32,000 nt of DNA from Synechococcus sp. A15-24 (GTDB taxonomy: Bacteria; Cyanobacteriota; Cyanobacteriia; PCC-6307; Cyanobiaceae), in the NCBI RefSeq assembly GCF_014280195.1, contig NZ_CP047960.1:120001-152000 (forward strand), given 5' to 3'. The position numbers and the translations under genes are program-made. Positions 8,159 through 17,189 of the stretch are shown here, in pieces. The first letter of the stretch is position 1. Every line of letters starts with the position of its first letter. Under the pieces are notes generated by a model that was not told where the DNA came from, did no database searches, and saw nothing but the letters and a program-made list of their open reading frames with translations.

Positions 8159-10467
8159 TTGCTTTGTCTCTTTAGTGGTGAGAAACGTGCAACAGGCTCG
8201 ATATTGTGTCGAAGAGGCCAGGATGAAGCTTGACTACCTGTCAGCCGTGATAAACCTTCATTTTGTATGAGCTTTCGCCACCATATTCGAAATGTCTTTT
8301 CCAGTTCTTTAGCCATGTCGGCATGGTCCAGCAGTTGGCTCTTGCGCAGATCGCCACGTAAATGTTGTCGTGTCTGAGCTAGTTTTTCACTGTCCGACAG
8401 GAGTTCAACTGCCTTATTGCATAATTCATTTCGACTATTGCAGATCCACTCTGAATGCCCTGCGGCATTCAGAACGGCTGCCGCTTGGCGACTGACCATG
8501 GATTGTCCTGCAACCGTCAGTACAGGTACACCCATCCACAGCGCATCGGCAGTTGTTGTACATCCTGTATAAGGGAATGTATCCAATGCCAGATCTAGAT
8601 TTTTGTATTGCTCAAGATGGGCTTGCACGTTTGGGCTATGGCCATGAAGATGCAGACGTTCTGGAGCAAGTCCGAGTCGTTCAAACAACTTTTTGATTCT
8701 TTTAGCTTCTTGCTCTTCTCCAAGATTTTTAGACTTTAAATACAAATGAGCTGTAGGAATCATTTGAAGCACAGCCATCCAATTTTCGGCTGTTTCCTGG
8801 GTTATTTTACGACTCTGATTGAAGCTGCCTAACATTGCAGTCTGTTTTTTGGCCAATGGCAGTGGGCTTACATCTGGGGCCTCATCCAAAGGGCGATAGC
8901 TCATGTAGCCTCTATTAAGTTTCCAGATTGTTTCCGTGCTGTATTGATCAATCTTTTCATTTTCGGCATGCACGGTATCATCTGTTATCCAATAATCAAC
9001 TGTTTCCAGACCCGTTGTTCCGTAATAACCGAGATAGGTTGCTTGGATCGGGGCAGGCTTATGGGCTAGTACGGGAAGGCGGTTTCCTGCTGTGTGACCA
9101 GCAAGGTCAACAAGAATGTCAATTTCGTCTTGAATGATTTGTTGGATGACACTTTCATCGTCGGCAGATTGTATATCGCGCCAATGGTCTGCCTTACATT
9201 TTAATCTTTCACTATAGTCATCTCTTACCTCTCCAGCTGCGTATAAAGTGATTTCTAAATGTTGTCCTGACCATTGTTCAAGCAGCGGCTCGATAAAATA
9301 GCTGACGGCATGTCTGCAAAAATCGGGTGAAATTAATCCAATCTTCAATTTGCGATGTTGGTCTGGCCAGAGAACACGATCCCGCCAGCGCTCGTATGGT
9401 GCAGTACTGAACAACTGCCCATATTTTTTGGCCTCTTCGAACCGTTCTTTAGCTGGTTCAAGTTCATAGCCCACGAGTGTAAATAGTACATTGGAATGTG
9501 CAGCAGCATTCTCGCCCAGTTGTTTCGCACCTCTTCTGAGCCAATAGAGCGCATCTTGATAGCAGGTTATGTCCTTTAGTACGGATCCAAGGTTGTTCAT
9601 AGCAGCTCCAAATTCTGGTGATGACTTGAGTGCACGTTCAAAACAGTCCTTCGCTTTATGAATATGTCCATGTTCTCTCAACATTAGTCCAAGTGTATTA
9701 AGACAAATGGCATAGTCAGGATCTTGCTCCAATGCCTTTTGGAAGAAATCATAGGCTTTTTCTAAATCTCCTTTCCCTTTGCTGATTACGCCTAATGCGT
9801 ACAATAGATTCGGGTGTTCGTGATGGGTCTTCAGTAACGGGTGAAGTAGCTTTTCGGCTTTTAAATAATCTCGTTGTCCACAAAGTACTTGAGCGGTATT
9901 CAGTACCACGGCTAGATTATTGTCGTCATCTACGAGTTCTTGGCTTTTTGCCCAGTAGCATAGGGCATCTTCAACGTTTCCAACTTGTTGGCAGGCATTC
10001 CCAAGTTCAAGCAGTAGTTGAGATGCGTCCTTCTCGTTGCCAGAAGTCGGAAATGTTTCAAGAAAACTACCTATCTTTTCAATTACAACTTCATGTTCAT
10101 GCATTGCATTCAACGTTATGGCAAGCCCGAGGTGAGGACCACTCATCTCGGGCGCAAGGCTCACCGCTTTTTCAAAGGCCGTGCGCGATTCAGTTAAATG
10201 GCCTAGGTCTCTAAGCACGTTTCCCAAATTTCCTTGGAGCCCGGGGTCGTCTGGCTTTAGTTCCACAGCTTTTCTCTGGAAGACCAAGCCCTCTTCTGGT
10301 CGTCCTAGCTGCCTGAGTAAGGCCCCTAGATTCCGATAGCCATCAACAAGGCCTTGATCTGCCTCGACTGCCTGTCGGTAAAGCTGTTCAGCCTTGTCAA
10401 GCTGCTGTTGCTGGTGCCAGTAGCACGCCTGATTAAACAGCTCCTGACCTTGTGCGTGTCCCTCCAT
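8155..10467 (-). CDS. TPR-repeat + GT41 (O-GlcNAc-transferase/SPINDLY-like) protein glycosyltransferase
   Basis: 770-aa ORF. The N-terminal ~330 aa contains multiple TPRs (AEQLYRQAVEADQGLVDGYRNLGALL..., ALEQDPDYAICLNTLGLML...). The C-terminal GT41 blocks are ISPDFCRHAVS, DLAGHTAGNRL, IQATYLGYYGTTG, GSFNQSRKIT, DTFPYTGCTTTADALWMGVPVLT. Confidence 0.88.
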   Translation of the reverse strand: MEGHAQGQELFNQACYWHQQQQLDKAEQLYRQAVEADQGLVDGYRNLGALLRQLGRPEEGLVFQRKAVELKPDDPGLQGNLGNVLRDLGHLTESRTAFEKAVSLAPEMSGPHLGLAITLNAMHEHEVVIEKIGSFLETFPTSGNEKDASQLLLELGNACQQVGNVEDALCYWAKSQELVDDDNNLAVVLNTAQVLCGQRDYLKAEKLLHPLLKTHHEHPNLLYALGVISKGKGDLEKAYDFFQKALEQDPDYAICLNTLGLMLREHGHIHKAKDCFERALKSSPEFGAAMNNLGSVLKDITCYQDALYWLRRGAKQLGENAAAHSNVLFTLVGYELEPAKERFEEAKKYGQLFSTAPYERWRDRVLWPDQHRKLKIGLISPDFCRHAVSYFIEPLLEQWSGQHLEITLYAAGEVRDDYSERLKCKADHWRDIQSADDESVIQQIIQDEIDILVDLAGHTAGNRLPVLAHKPAPIQATYLGYYGTTGLETVDYWITDDTVHAENEKIDQYSTETIWKLNRGYMSYRPLDEAPDVSPLPLAKKQTAMLGSFNQSRKITQETAENWMAVLQMIPTAHLYLKSKNLGEEQEAKRIKKLFERLGLAPERLHLHGHSPNVQAHLEQYKNLDLALDTFPYTGCTTTADALWMGVPVLTVAGQSMVSRQAAAVLNAAGHSEWICNSRNELCNKAVELLSDSEKLAQTRQHLRGDLRKSQLLDHADMAKELEKTFRIWWRKLIQNEGLSRLTGSQASSWPLRHNIEPVARFSPLKRQSK

Positions 10468-10515
10468 ACCCCTATGGTCTCATGAAATAATCATCCCAAA
10501 TGGCTTGAGCGGACA

Positions 10516-12204
10516 ATGGTCGCGAACACAGCTCCTGGGCGAGCGTTGGAACTGTTTCACGCTGGTGAACCGCTGCAGGCCATTGAAGCTGCGCAGGAGC
10601 TTTTAACGGCCTCTTCATTGGATAATGACCAAGCTGCCGAGATGCATCACCTTATCGGTGCATGTTTTCACCAGCTTGGTCAGAACGATGATGCATTGAA
10701 ATACCTGCTTTTGGCGTCCAGACTTAATCCTTTAAATCCCACGTATTATAATACCTATGGTGTTGTTCTTCGTAAGTCCGGTCGTCTTGAAGCTGCTGTA
10801 CGCTCCTACGAGTTTGCTTTAAAATATGAACACAACTTTGCTGATTGTTTTTACAACCGTGGTAATGCCTTAGCAGAACTTAAGCGCAAGGATGAAGCTG
10901 CCCTCGAGTTTAAACAGTGTCTCCGCTTGAATCCAACCCACAATAATGCCCACCATAATCTCGCAAATATATATCGTGATCAGAACCATATCGATTTAGC
11001 CCTCGATCATTATAGGATTTCGAATGAATGTCAGCCCTACAACCCCGATATGCATTGCAATTGGGGGCTTGCTTTGCAGCTTAAAGAGCAATGGGGGGAC
11101 GCGATTGATCAGTTTGAAATAGCGATTAACCAAAAGAGCGACCATGCGCCGTCCTACGTCAATCTTGGCAGTGCACTCTCAGTCCAGGAGCGTTTCGACG
11201 AAGCATGTTCTGCGTTACGCAAGGGTGTTGAAATTGATGATTCTTGTCATGATGCAAAGTTTAATCTTGGACTAACACTTCTTACAATTGGCCAGATGGA
11301 TGAAGGTTGGAAGTTTTACGAAACACGCCTCCATCTTCCTGATAAGGTAATCACTCCTTTCCCGGGTATTCCGGTTTGGGATGGCTCAGTTAATCTGGAT
11401 AGTCCACTAATGGTGTGGGCTGAACAGGGCTATGGCGATAATATTCAATTTGTGAGGTATATACCAATATTAATGGAGATGGGGCTTGACGTTGTTTTGT
11501 CAACGCGAAAACCTTTGATGTCTTTATTTAGAGAGTGTTTATCTCCCTCGGCTCCTCCAATTGTTGAACATCGACGTCAGGATCTTAATGGTTTTCATCA
11601 TCATATTCCATTGCTGAGCCTTCCGCGTGTTCTTGGTACTCGTCTCGATACTGTTCCATTGATGCCTGGCTATCTAAAACGTCCGGAACGGATCCCTGAT
11701 CATTTGCAAATATCTCGACCCCCATTTGCCTTAAATATCGGTCTTGTCTGGGCTTCTGGCGTTGATAACAAGGAGATGTATGCAGACAAGAGCTTGCGAC
11801 TGGAGCTTTTGTTGCCTCTATTCGATCGTTGGCGTAAGGAGCGCTTGGTCTGTATTCATTCTCTGCAAGTTGGTCAAGATGCCTCACAGCTCGCACCTTG
11901 GAAGGACGAATGGGGCGTTTACGATTGGAATGATAAGCTTTCGTCATTCTTAGACACCGCCTGTGTCATTTCCCAACTGGACCTTGTTGTTTCTGTCGAT
12001 ACCGCAGTAGCGCATGTTGCTGGTGCGCTTGATAAACCAGTTTGGGTATTACTCCAACATAATGCTGATTTCCGCTGGATGCGCGGTCGTACTGACTCTC
12101 CTTGGTATAGTTCGATGAGTCTTTTCCGCCAGAAATCACTTGGTGATTGGTCATCGGCCCTTGAGAGTTTACAAGAACGTCTTGTTCATCTTCTTGGCCC
12201 ATGA
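10516..12204 (+). CDS. TPR-repeat + GT9-like (heptosyltransferase-fold) glycosyltransferase; first gene of the T1SS operon
   Basis: 562-aa ORF. N-terminal TPRs (YYNTYGVVLRKSGRLEAAVRSYEFALKYEHNFADCFYNRGNAL...). C-terminal GT9-like blocks WAEQGYGDNIQFVRYIP and LVVSVDTAVAHVAGALDKPVWVLL. Its stop overlaps the next start (ATGA at 12201-12204). Confidence 0.8.
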   Translation: MVANTAPGRALELFHAGEPLQAIEAAQELLTASSLDNDQAAEMHHLIGACFHQLGQNDDALKYLLLASRLNPLNPTYYNTYGVVLRKSGRLEAAVRSYEFALKYEHNFADCFYNRGNALAELKRKDEAALEFKQCLRLNPTHNNAHHNLANIYRDQNHIDLALDHYRISNECQPYNPDMHCNWGLALQLKEQWGDAIDQFEIAINQKSDHAPSYVNLGSALSVQERFDEACSALRKGVEIDDSCHDAKFNLGLTLLTIGQMDEGWKFYETRLHLPDKVITPFPGIPVWDGSVNLDSPLMVWAEQGYGDNIQFVRYIPILMEMGLDVVLSTRKPLMSLFRECLSPSAPPIVEHRRQDLNGFHHHIPLLSLPRVLGTRLDTVPLMPGYLKRPERIPDHLQISRPPFALNIGLVWASGVDNKEMYADKSLRLELLLPLFDRWRKERLVCIHSLQVGQDASQLAPWKDEWGVYDWNDKLSSFLDTACVISQLDLVVSVDTAVAHVAGALDKPVWVLLQHNADFRWMRGRTDSPWYSSMSLFRQKSLGDWSSALESLQERLVHLLGP

Positions 12205-12893
12205 ATGATTTTCCGTTCGATGACCGTACTTGGCATTTACTTGTCCGTTCTAGTAGAACTCGTATATTAATCGAGTCATGGATTGAGGAGCAAATCTGCA
12301 AGAGTGTTTCGCTTGAAAAAGATGTTGAAAGTTCTCTCGTTGCCTCTTTCGCATCTTCTAAGTGGATGGACGAGGCTGATGATGTCTCATATGCTGCAAC
12401 CCGTATGGCTCGGCTTCAGCGCTTTAAGCGCTCCCGTTTCCTTCCCAAGGTCGAAGAGTATTTCACGCGTACACGCTCAGCTAGAGATCAATTAATCTTT
12501 TCAATGCTCCGTTGTCGCAATTCCTCTCGTCTTCAAGAATTAGCTCTAGCGATTCGAGAAGGTGAATTAGAGCTTTCGGCAGCTGCGATCCGTTGGTCAG
12601 AGGGTCCAGAAAGTGCCCGTGGTGGCAGAATCGGTCCTGTTTTGGCATCGAATGTTGGCCATCCTGAGTTAACGAAGCGCTTACTCGTGGCCGTTGAGGG
12701 CCGTTTAATCGGCCCGTTTGATCTTGGCGACACAAATGTTCTTATTCGACTTGACAAAAGGCTTCCAGCTCGGCTAACCCATGACATGGAAGGCCAATTG
12801 ATCGACGAACTTTATCAGGAGTGGATCAGTGCTCAAATTGGCCTAGTTGAAGAGGGTGGGACAATAGACCTGATTGAGTACCTTCCAGATTGA
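12201..12893 (+). CDS. Parvulin/PpiC-like (rotamase-domain) protein, probably catalytically degenerate; T1SS accessory candidate
   Basis: 230-aa ORF with no signal peptide. The C-terminal half resembles a PpiC rotamase domain (AAIRWSEGPESARGGRIGPVLASNVGHPELTKRL...GRLIGPFDLGDTNVLIRLDKR). By eye, the two conserved parvulin His positions are not His. It is translationally coupled on both sides (ATGA at 12201, TTGA at 12890). Confidence 0.6.
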   Translation: MNDFPFDDRTWHLLVRSSRTRILIESWIEEQICKSVSLEKDVESSLVASFASSKWMDEADDVSYAATRMARLQRFKRSRFLPKVEEYFTRTRSARDQLIFSMLRCRNSSRLQELALAIREGELELSAAAIRWSEGPESARGGRIGPVLASNVGHPELTKRLLVAVEGRLIGPFDLGDTNVLIRLDKRLPARLTHDMEGQLIDELYQEWISAQIGLVEEGGTIDLIEYLPD

Positions 12894-15800
12894 CTTCGTC
12901 GTTGTCGTCCATTGTTCGGTTGTTGATGGAGCACCCGCCGCTTGACCACTTTGCGGCGGATTTGATACAGGCTGATGAACAGCAGGTTTCTGCATTGTTC
13001 GTGCCTTTAGGTGACTCTCTTGCTCAAGAACAAGTTCCCCTGTCCTCCGTGGTATTGGTTGTTGAGGGATCCCTCCGCGTCTTTGGTCGAGATGCGTCTG
13101 GTCAGGAATTTACATTGCGACGTGTTTTACCTGGGGAATGGTGGGGTGGTGTAAGTGTCTTAAATGGTCTTGCTGCTGCTGGATGTAGAACCAGCGCAGA
13201 TTCAAAAATTTTAGTTGTACCTGCTGTGGTTTGGGAACGCTGGTGGCGGGACGATCGTCGCTTGGGTGAATGGCTTTCAAAACATTCGCAGCGTGAAGAT
13301 CTTTATTCTGCCCTTAGGTCGCTTTTGGTTCAACGTGAATTGCAGGATCTGAGTCTTGCTGAACTTCTTGATAAACTCCAGCCAATATATCTTTTTTCAG
13401 AGGTTTTAAACTTAGATGATCTAAATCGTCTTGTCGAGCGTCATCCTCAGATGAGTTGGTTCCCTCAGTTTCCTGAATTATGTTTCCCTGATTTAGGTCC
13501 ACCGAGTTTTCGCGGTTTCAATGTTTCACAACTGCGAGATGCTTTGGATAACTCATCTCGAGGGTTACGTCTCGTTGGTATTCCTGTAGCTCAGCTACAG
13601 ACCCTCTTTGAAGCACCCAAGAAGCCTCGGCCTGCTGATAAATTAGCTGATGCGGTCCTCGTAGAGCAGCCAGTCTGGCAAAATCCTGATGGGTCTGAAT
13701 TATTGACCCTGGCCATGCAGCAGGACCAGGGACCAGTAACTCTTAATCGCAAAGCTCTCCAGGTCAAGCCGGTTTTTGGTTCTACCCCAGTGGAGCAGGG
13801 TTTGGCATTGCTTCAGATGGTTTGCGAGGTCCTTCAGCTGCCCTTTCGGCGTGATGTTGTTGATCGGATGCTGAATGGCATGGTGGGAGACCGCACCAGT
13901 CCGTCATTGGAAAACCTGGGTCAAATAGCTGACGCTTTAGGTCTCACGGCAGTCATGATGCAAGTTCCTGCCTCGCATCTCAATCGTGTGAGTTTGCCTG
14001 CATTGGTAGAGACCGTTGATGGAGTTCTTCTGCTTGCTGGTGATTCGGGTTATTGTCTGCGTTTGATCGACCCTCGGGAGGGTGAGAGACTCATCAGCGC
14101 AACTGAATTGCAAGACCAACAGCCGACATACCGTCTGATAACTCTCTCCCGTCGTGTTGATTCTGCGACGAAGCGCTTTGATATAAGCTATTTCTTCCCC
14201 TTTTTACGGCGATACAAGAGTTCCCTTATATTGGTTTTTGTAGCCTCAATATTTATCAATATCTTTGGCCTTGCCCAGCCTTTAATTATTCAGCAGATTA
14301 TCGACAAAGTGATTGGCCAGCAAAATTTTAGCACACTATATTTTCTTGGAGTGATGCTTATTGGAGTCAGCATTCTGTCAAACGTTCTTAATCTTATTCG
14401 CACATTTTTATTCACCGATACGACTAATCGTATTGATATTGCGACTTCTGGTAATATTTTGACTCATTTGTTCCGTTTACCTCTTAATTATTTTGATAAG
14501 CGGCCTGTTGGCGAAATTTCTACAAGAGTTGGAGAGTTAGGAAATATTCGCGGTTTTTTGACCGGTACTGCGCTGACTCTTATCCTGGATGTAATATTCG
14601 GTTTTGTTTATCTTTTTGTTTGCATTTCCTATAGTGGTTTGCTAACTGCTGTGGCTCTAGGTGTTGTTCCCCTTTACCTTGCACTTGTTTATATTATCGC
14701 GCCAGTTATTAAAAAGCAGCTTCGGATTGCCGCTGAGGCTAACGCCGCTGCAAGCGCCCTCATGGTTGAGGCGCTTAATGGAATGCAAACCGTAAAAGCT
14801 CAACATGCTGAGACGACCATCAGATGGCGTTGGCAGCAACGCTACGCACGTTTTGTTTCCAGTAACTTTCGAACCACAATTATTGGCTCCACAGCAGGTT
14901 CCATTGGTGCTTTTTTCAACGAAGTTGGCGGTCTTGCCGTTCTCTGGGTTGGTGCCTATCTGGTTTTGCAAGGGGATTTGACCATAGGCCAATTGATCGC
15001 TTTTCGAATAATCAGTGGAAACGTTGTTGGTCCTGTTATTCGTCTTGCTCAAACATGGCAGACAGTTCAGGGTCTTCAGATTTCTGTAGAACGTTTGGCT
15101 GATGTTGTAGATGCAGAACCCGAGCAACCTCTGGACGCACGTCCAATTGCTCTTCCACCGATCAACGGAAAAATCGAGTTTGACCAAGTAGATTTCCGTT
15201 TTAACGAACATGCTCCACTTGTCGTCAAACAAGTCTCATTTACAATTGAACCTGGTCAGTTTATTGGAATTGTTGGCCAAAGTGGCAGCGGAAAAAGTAC
15301 AATTATGAAGTTATTGCCAAGAATGTATAAAGCTGCTTCCGGCACAATTCGGATCGACGATTATGATATTTCTAAAGTAGATATTGATTCTTTGCGTCAG
15401 CAGATCGGAATTGTTCCTCAGGATTCAATGTTGTTCGATGGGACAATACGCGAGAACATAGCTCTCAACTCTCCGGATTCAACAGACGAAGATATTATTT
15501 ATGCAGCCAAGGTCGCTTGTGCTCATGCTTTTATAATGGATCTTCCGAACGGATATGACTCTCGTGTGGGTGAGCGTGGATCCGCTCTCTCTGGCGGACA
15601 ACGGCAAAGAGTGGCGATTGCTCGGTCAATCCTGGCACGACCGCGTTTGTTGATTCTTGACGAAGCCACGAGTGCATTGGACTATTTGACGGAACGCACT
15701 GTCTGTGAGAATCTGCGTCGTGAATTGAAAAATGATACTGTATTCTTTATAACTCATCGACTTGGTACAATCCGTAATGCTGACAATATCCTCTTAATGG

Positions 15801-15901
15801 ATAGCGGCCTTCTTCAGGAAACTGGCTCTCATGCTGAGCTTCTAAAGAAACGAGGCTTGTATTATGCCCTTTATCGCCAGCAAGATGCCTCCGTCAACTG
15901 A
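12890..15901 (+). CDS. Type I secretion ABC exporter with N-terminal cNMP-binding domain and a degenerate C39-like domain
   Basis: 1003-aa ORF with a TTG start. cNMP-binding cassette: VVEGSLRVF...PGEWWGG...CRTSA (G82-E83, R100-T101). C39-like segment: TPVEQGLALLQMV, with Gln (codon 13796-13798) where the catalytic Cys sits. Six-TM ABC_membrane region. Walker A GQSGSGKST (15275-15301), signature LSGGQRQRVAIAR, Walker B LLILDEATSALD. Confidence 0.93.
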   Translation: MTSSLSSIVRLLMEHPPLDHFAADLIQADEQQVSALFVPLGDSLAQEQVPLSSVVLVVEGSLRVFGRDASGQEFTLRRVLPGEWWGGVSVLNGLAAAGCRTSADSKILVVPAVVWERWWRDDRRLGEWLSKHSQREDLYSALRSLLVQRELQDLSLAELLDKLQPIYLFSEVLNLDDLNRLVERHPQMSWFPQFPELCFPDLGPPSFRGFNVSQLRDALDNSSRGLRLVGIPVAQLQTLFEAPKKPRPADKLADAVLVEQPVWQNPDGSELLTLAMQQDQGPVTLNRKALQVKPVFGSTPVEQGLALLQMVCEVLQLPFRRDVVDRMLNGMVGDRTSPSLENLGQIADALGLTAVMMQVPASHLNRVSLPALVETVDGVLLLAGDSGYCLRLIDPREGERLISATELQDQQPTYRLITLSRRVDSATKRFDISYFFPFLRRYKSSLILVFVASIFINIFGLAQPLIIQQIIDKVIGQQNFSTLYFLGVMLIGVSILSNVLNLIRTFLFTDTTNRIDIATSGNILTHLFRLPLNYFDKRPVGEISTRVGELGNIRGFLTGTALTLILDVIFGFVYLFVCISYSGLLTAVALGVVPLYLALVYIIAPVIKKQLRIAAEANAAASALMVEALNGMQTVKAQHAETTIRWRWQQRYARFVSSNFRTTIIGSTAGSIGAFFNEVGGLAVLWVGAYLVLQGDLTIGQLIAFRIISGNVVGPVIRLAQTWQTVQGLQISVERLADVVDAEPEQPLDARPIALPPINGKIEFDQVDFRFNEHAPLVVKQVSFTIEPGQFIGIVGQSGSGKSTIMKLLPRMYKAASGTIRIDDYDISKVDIDSLRQQIGIVPQDSMLFDGTIRENIALNSPDSTDEDIIYAAKVACAHAFIMDLPNGYDSRVGERGSALSGGQRQRVAIARSILARPRLLILDEATSALDYLTERTVCENLRRELKNDTVFFITHRLGTIRNADNILLMDSGLLQETGSHAELLKKRGLYYALYRQQDASVN

Positions 15902-17189
15902 TTCAAAACCTTCTAATCTTTCACCATCGGAAGGCTCATCACTTGTACGCCGAATCGTTAATTCTGTAATTCAGCGTTCCAATCGTAAAGTCTTTTTCGA
16001 TTCTCCGGGAATGTTGGATCAAAGCCAACACTGGGGTGGACTCGTAATTTGGACCATTGCTGCTGGTACCACCGCTGCACTCACCTGGGCATTTATCGGT
16101 AAGGTTGATCAAACTGTTTCGGCATCAGGGACTCTTGAGCCCCTTCTTGGCAAAGTTGAGGTCAAGAGTCCTAGTGGTGGTATTGTTCGCGATATATGGG
16201 TCAAAGAAGGAGAGTTAGTTGAAACCGGTGATCGTCTTGCAACAGTAGAGAATCTAGGTTTAAAAGCTCAATTAGATAATATAACTCGCCAAATAGCTCT
16301 TTTGTCCTATGAAAATCAGCTTCTAAATCTCCTGATTGATGGACAGGGCTCCTTACCAAATACTTTACCTGCCCCTCCAGCCAATATTGCAAGTGAAGAT
16401 CGTATCCGTTCAATCCAATTATCGGTACAGCAGACCGGAGCCCAGCTCCGTCAACTACGCACGCGCCGTATCTCACAAACTCAAACGTATGACTTAAGAG
16501 CACAGATGGCCATGGCTATGAAGACTCTCTTCGAGAATGGGGGGACATCTCGATTCAACTATTTATCAGCACAAGACGATGTTCAGCAAATTAGTTCTCA
16601 AATATCCCAGACCGACGAGCAGATCAATATTCTGATTGCACAGGCTGGTCGTCAGGTGAGTGCCAATACTCGCCAGTTGCTTAATCTTGAAGCTCAGCAA
16701 ATTGATTCTAAGGAAGAAAACCGTAACCTTTTACTTTCTGCTTTCGCTCCGGGTCGTATCTTTAATCTTTCAGTACAGCCTGGTTCTGTTATCGGTGCTG
16801 GGTCTGAGGTGATGAGAATAATCCCAGAAGGTGGAGTCCGTGCAAGTGTCTATCTTTCCAATGCTGATTTGGGTTTCGTGTCGGAAGGTCAAGACGTCAA
16901 ACTTTCTGTATCTTCTTTCCCTGCAGGTGAGTATGGATACCTCAAAGCTAATATTACAAGAATTGGTGCTGATTCTCTTAAGGGTAGCTCGTCTTCTCAA
17001 CAGCAGCCTGCAAATACATATCCTGTACAAGTGACGCTGCAACAAAATCCCGATAAGAAGGTATTATTAGATCGTTTGAAGCCAGGTATGCAAGTTACAG
17101 CGTTGATTGTTGTACGGAAGCGCCCAGTGATTTCGCTTCTCACTGATATGTTTACGAAGGGTTCAGAGGATCTGCAGAACAGTCGTTGA
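15864..17189 (+). CDS. HlyD-family membrane fusion (periplasmic adaptor) protein of the T1SS
   Basis: 441-aa ORF. It has an N-terminal TM helix (GGLVIWTIAAGTTAALTWAFIG), a lipoyl-like hairpin (VKSPSGGIVRDIWVKEGELVETGDRLATVEN), a long coiled-coil middle, and a C-terminal beta-barrel block (LKPGMQVTALIV). ATG 15864 has GAGG 8 nt upstream; the alternative ATG is at 15885. It overlaps the ABC gene's 3' end. Confidence 0.9.
   Translation: MPFIASKMPPSTDSKPSNLSPSEGSSLVRRIVNSVIQRSNRKVFFDSPGMLDQSQHWGGLVIWTIAAGTTAALTWAFIGKVDQTVSASGTLEPLLGKVEVKSPSGGIVRDIWVKEGELVETGDRLATVENLGLKAQLDNITRQIALLSYENQLLNLLIDGQGSLPNTLPAPPANIASEDRIRSIQLSVQQTGAQLRQLRTRRISQTQTYDLRAQMAMAMKTLFENGGTSRFNYLSAQDDVQQISSQISQTDEQINILIAQAGRQVSANTRQLLNLEAQQIDSKEENRNLLLSAFAPGRIFNLSVQPGSVIGAGSEVMRIIPEGGVRASVYLSNADLGFVSEGQDVKLSVSSFPAGEYGYLKANITRIGADSLKGSSSSQQQPANTYPVQVTLQQNPDKKVLLDRLKPGMQVTALIVVRKRPVISLLTDMFTKGSEDLQNSR

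Noticed and set aside
7600-12301. Antisense or alternative-frame ORFs within the GT4, TPR-GT41 and TPR-GT9 genes (7600-7794, 7975-8270, 8928-9137, 9345-9554, 9795-10214, 11585-11947, 11744-11953, 11966-12301)
   Set aside because: Each is fully nested in a longer ORF with clear family motifs. No motifs of their own were found.
14657-15232. 191-aa antisense ORF inside the ABC transporter gene
   Set aside because: It lies opposite the conserved TMD/NBD junction of a motif-rich CDS. Its product has no recognisable features.
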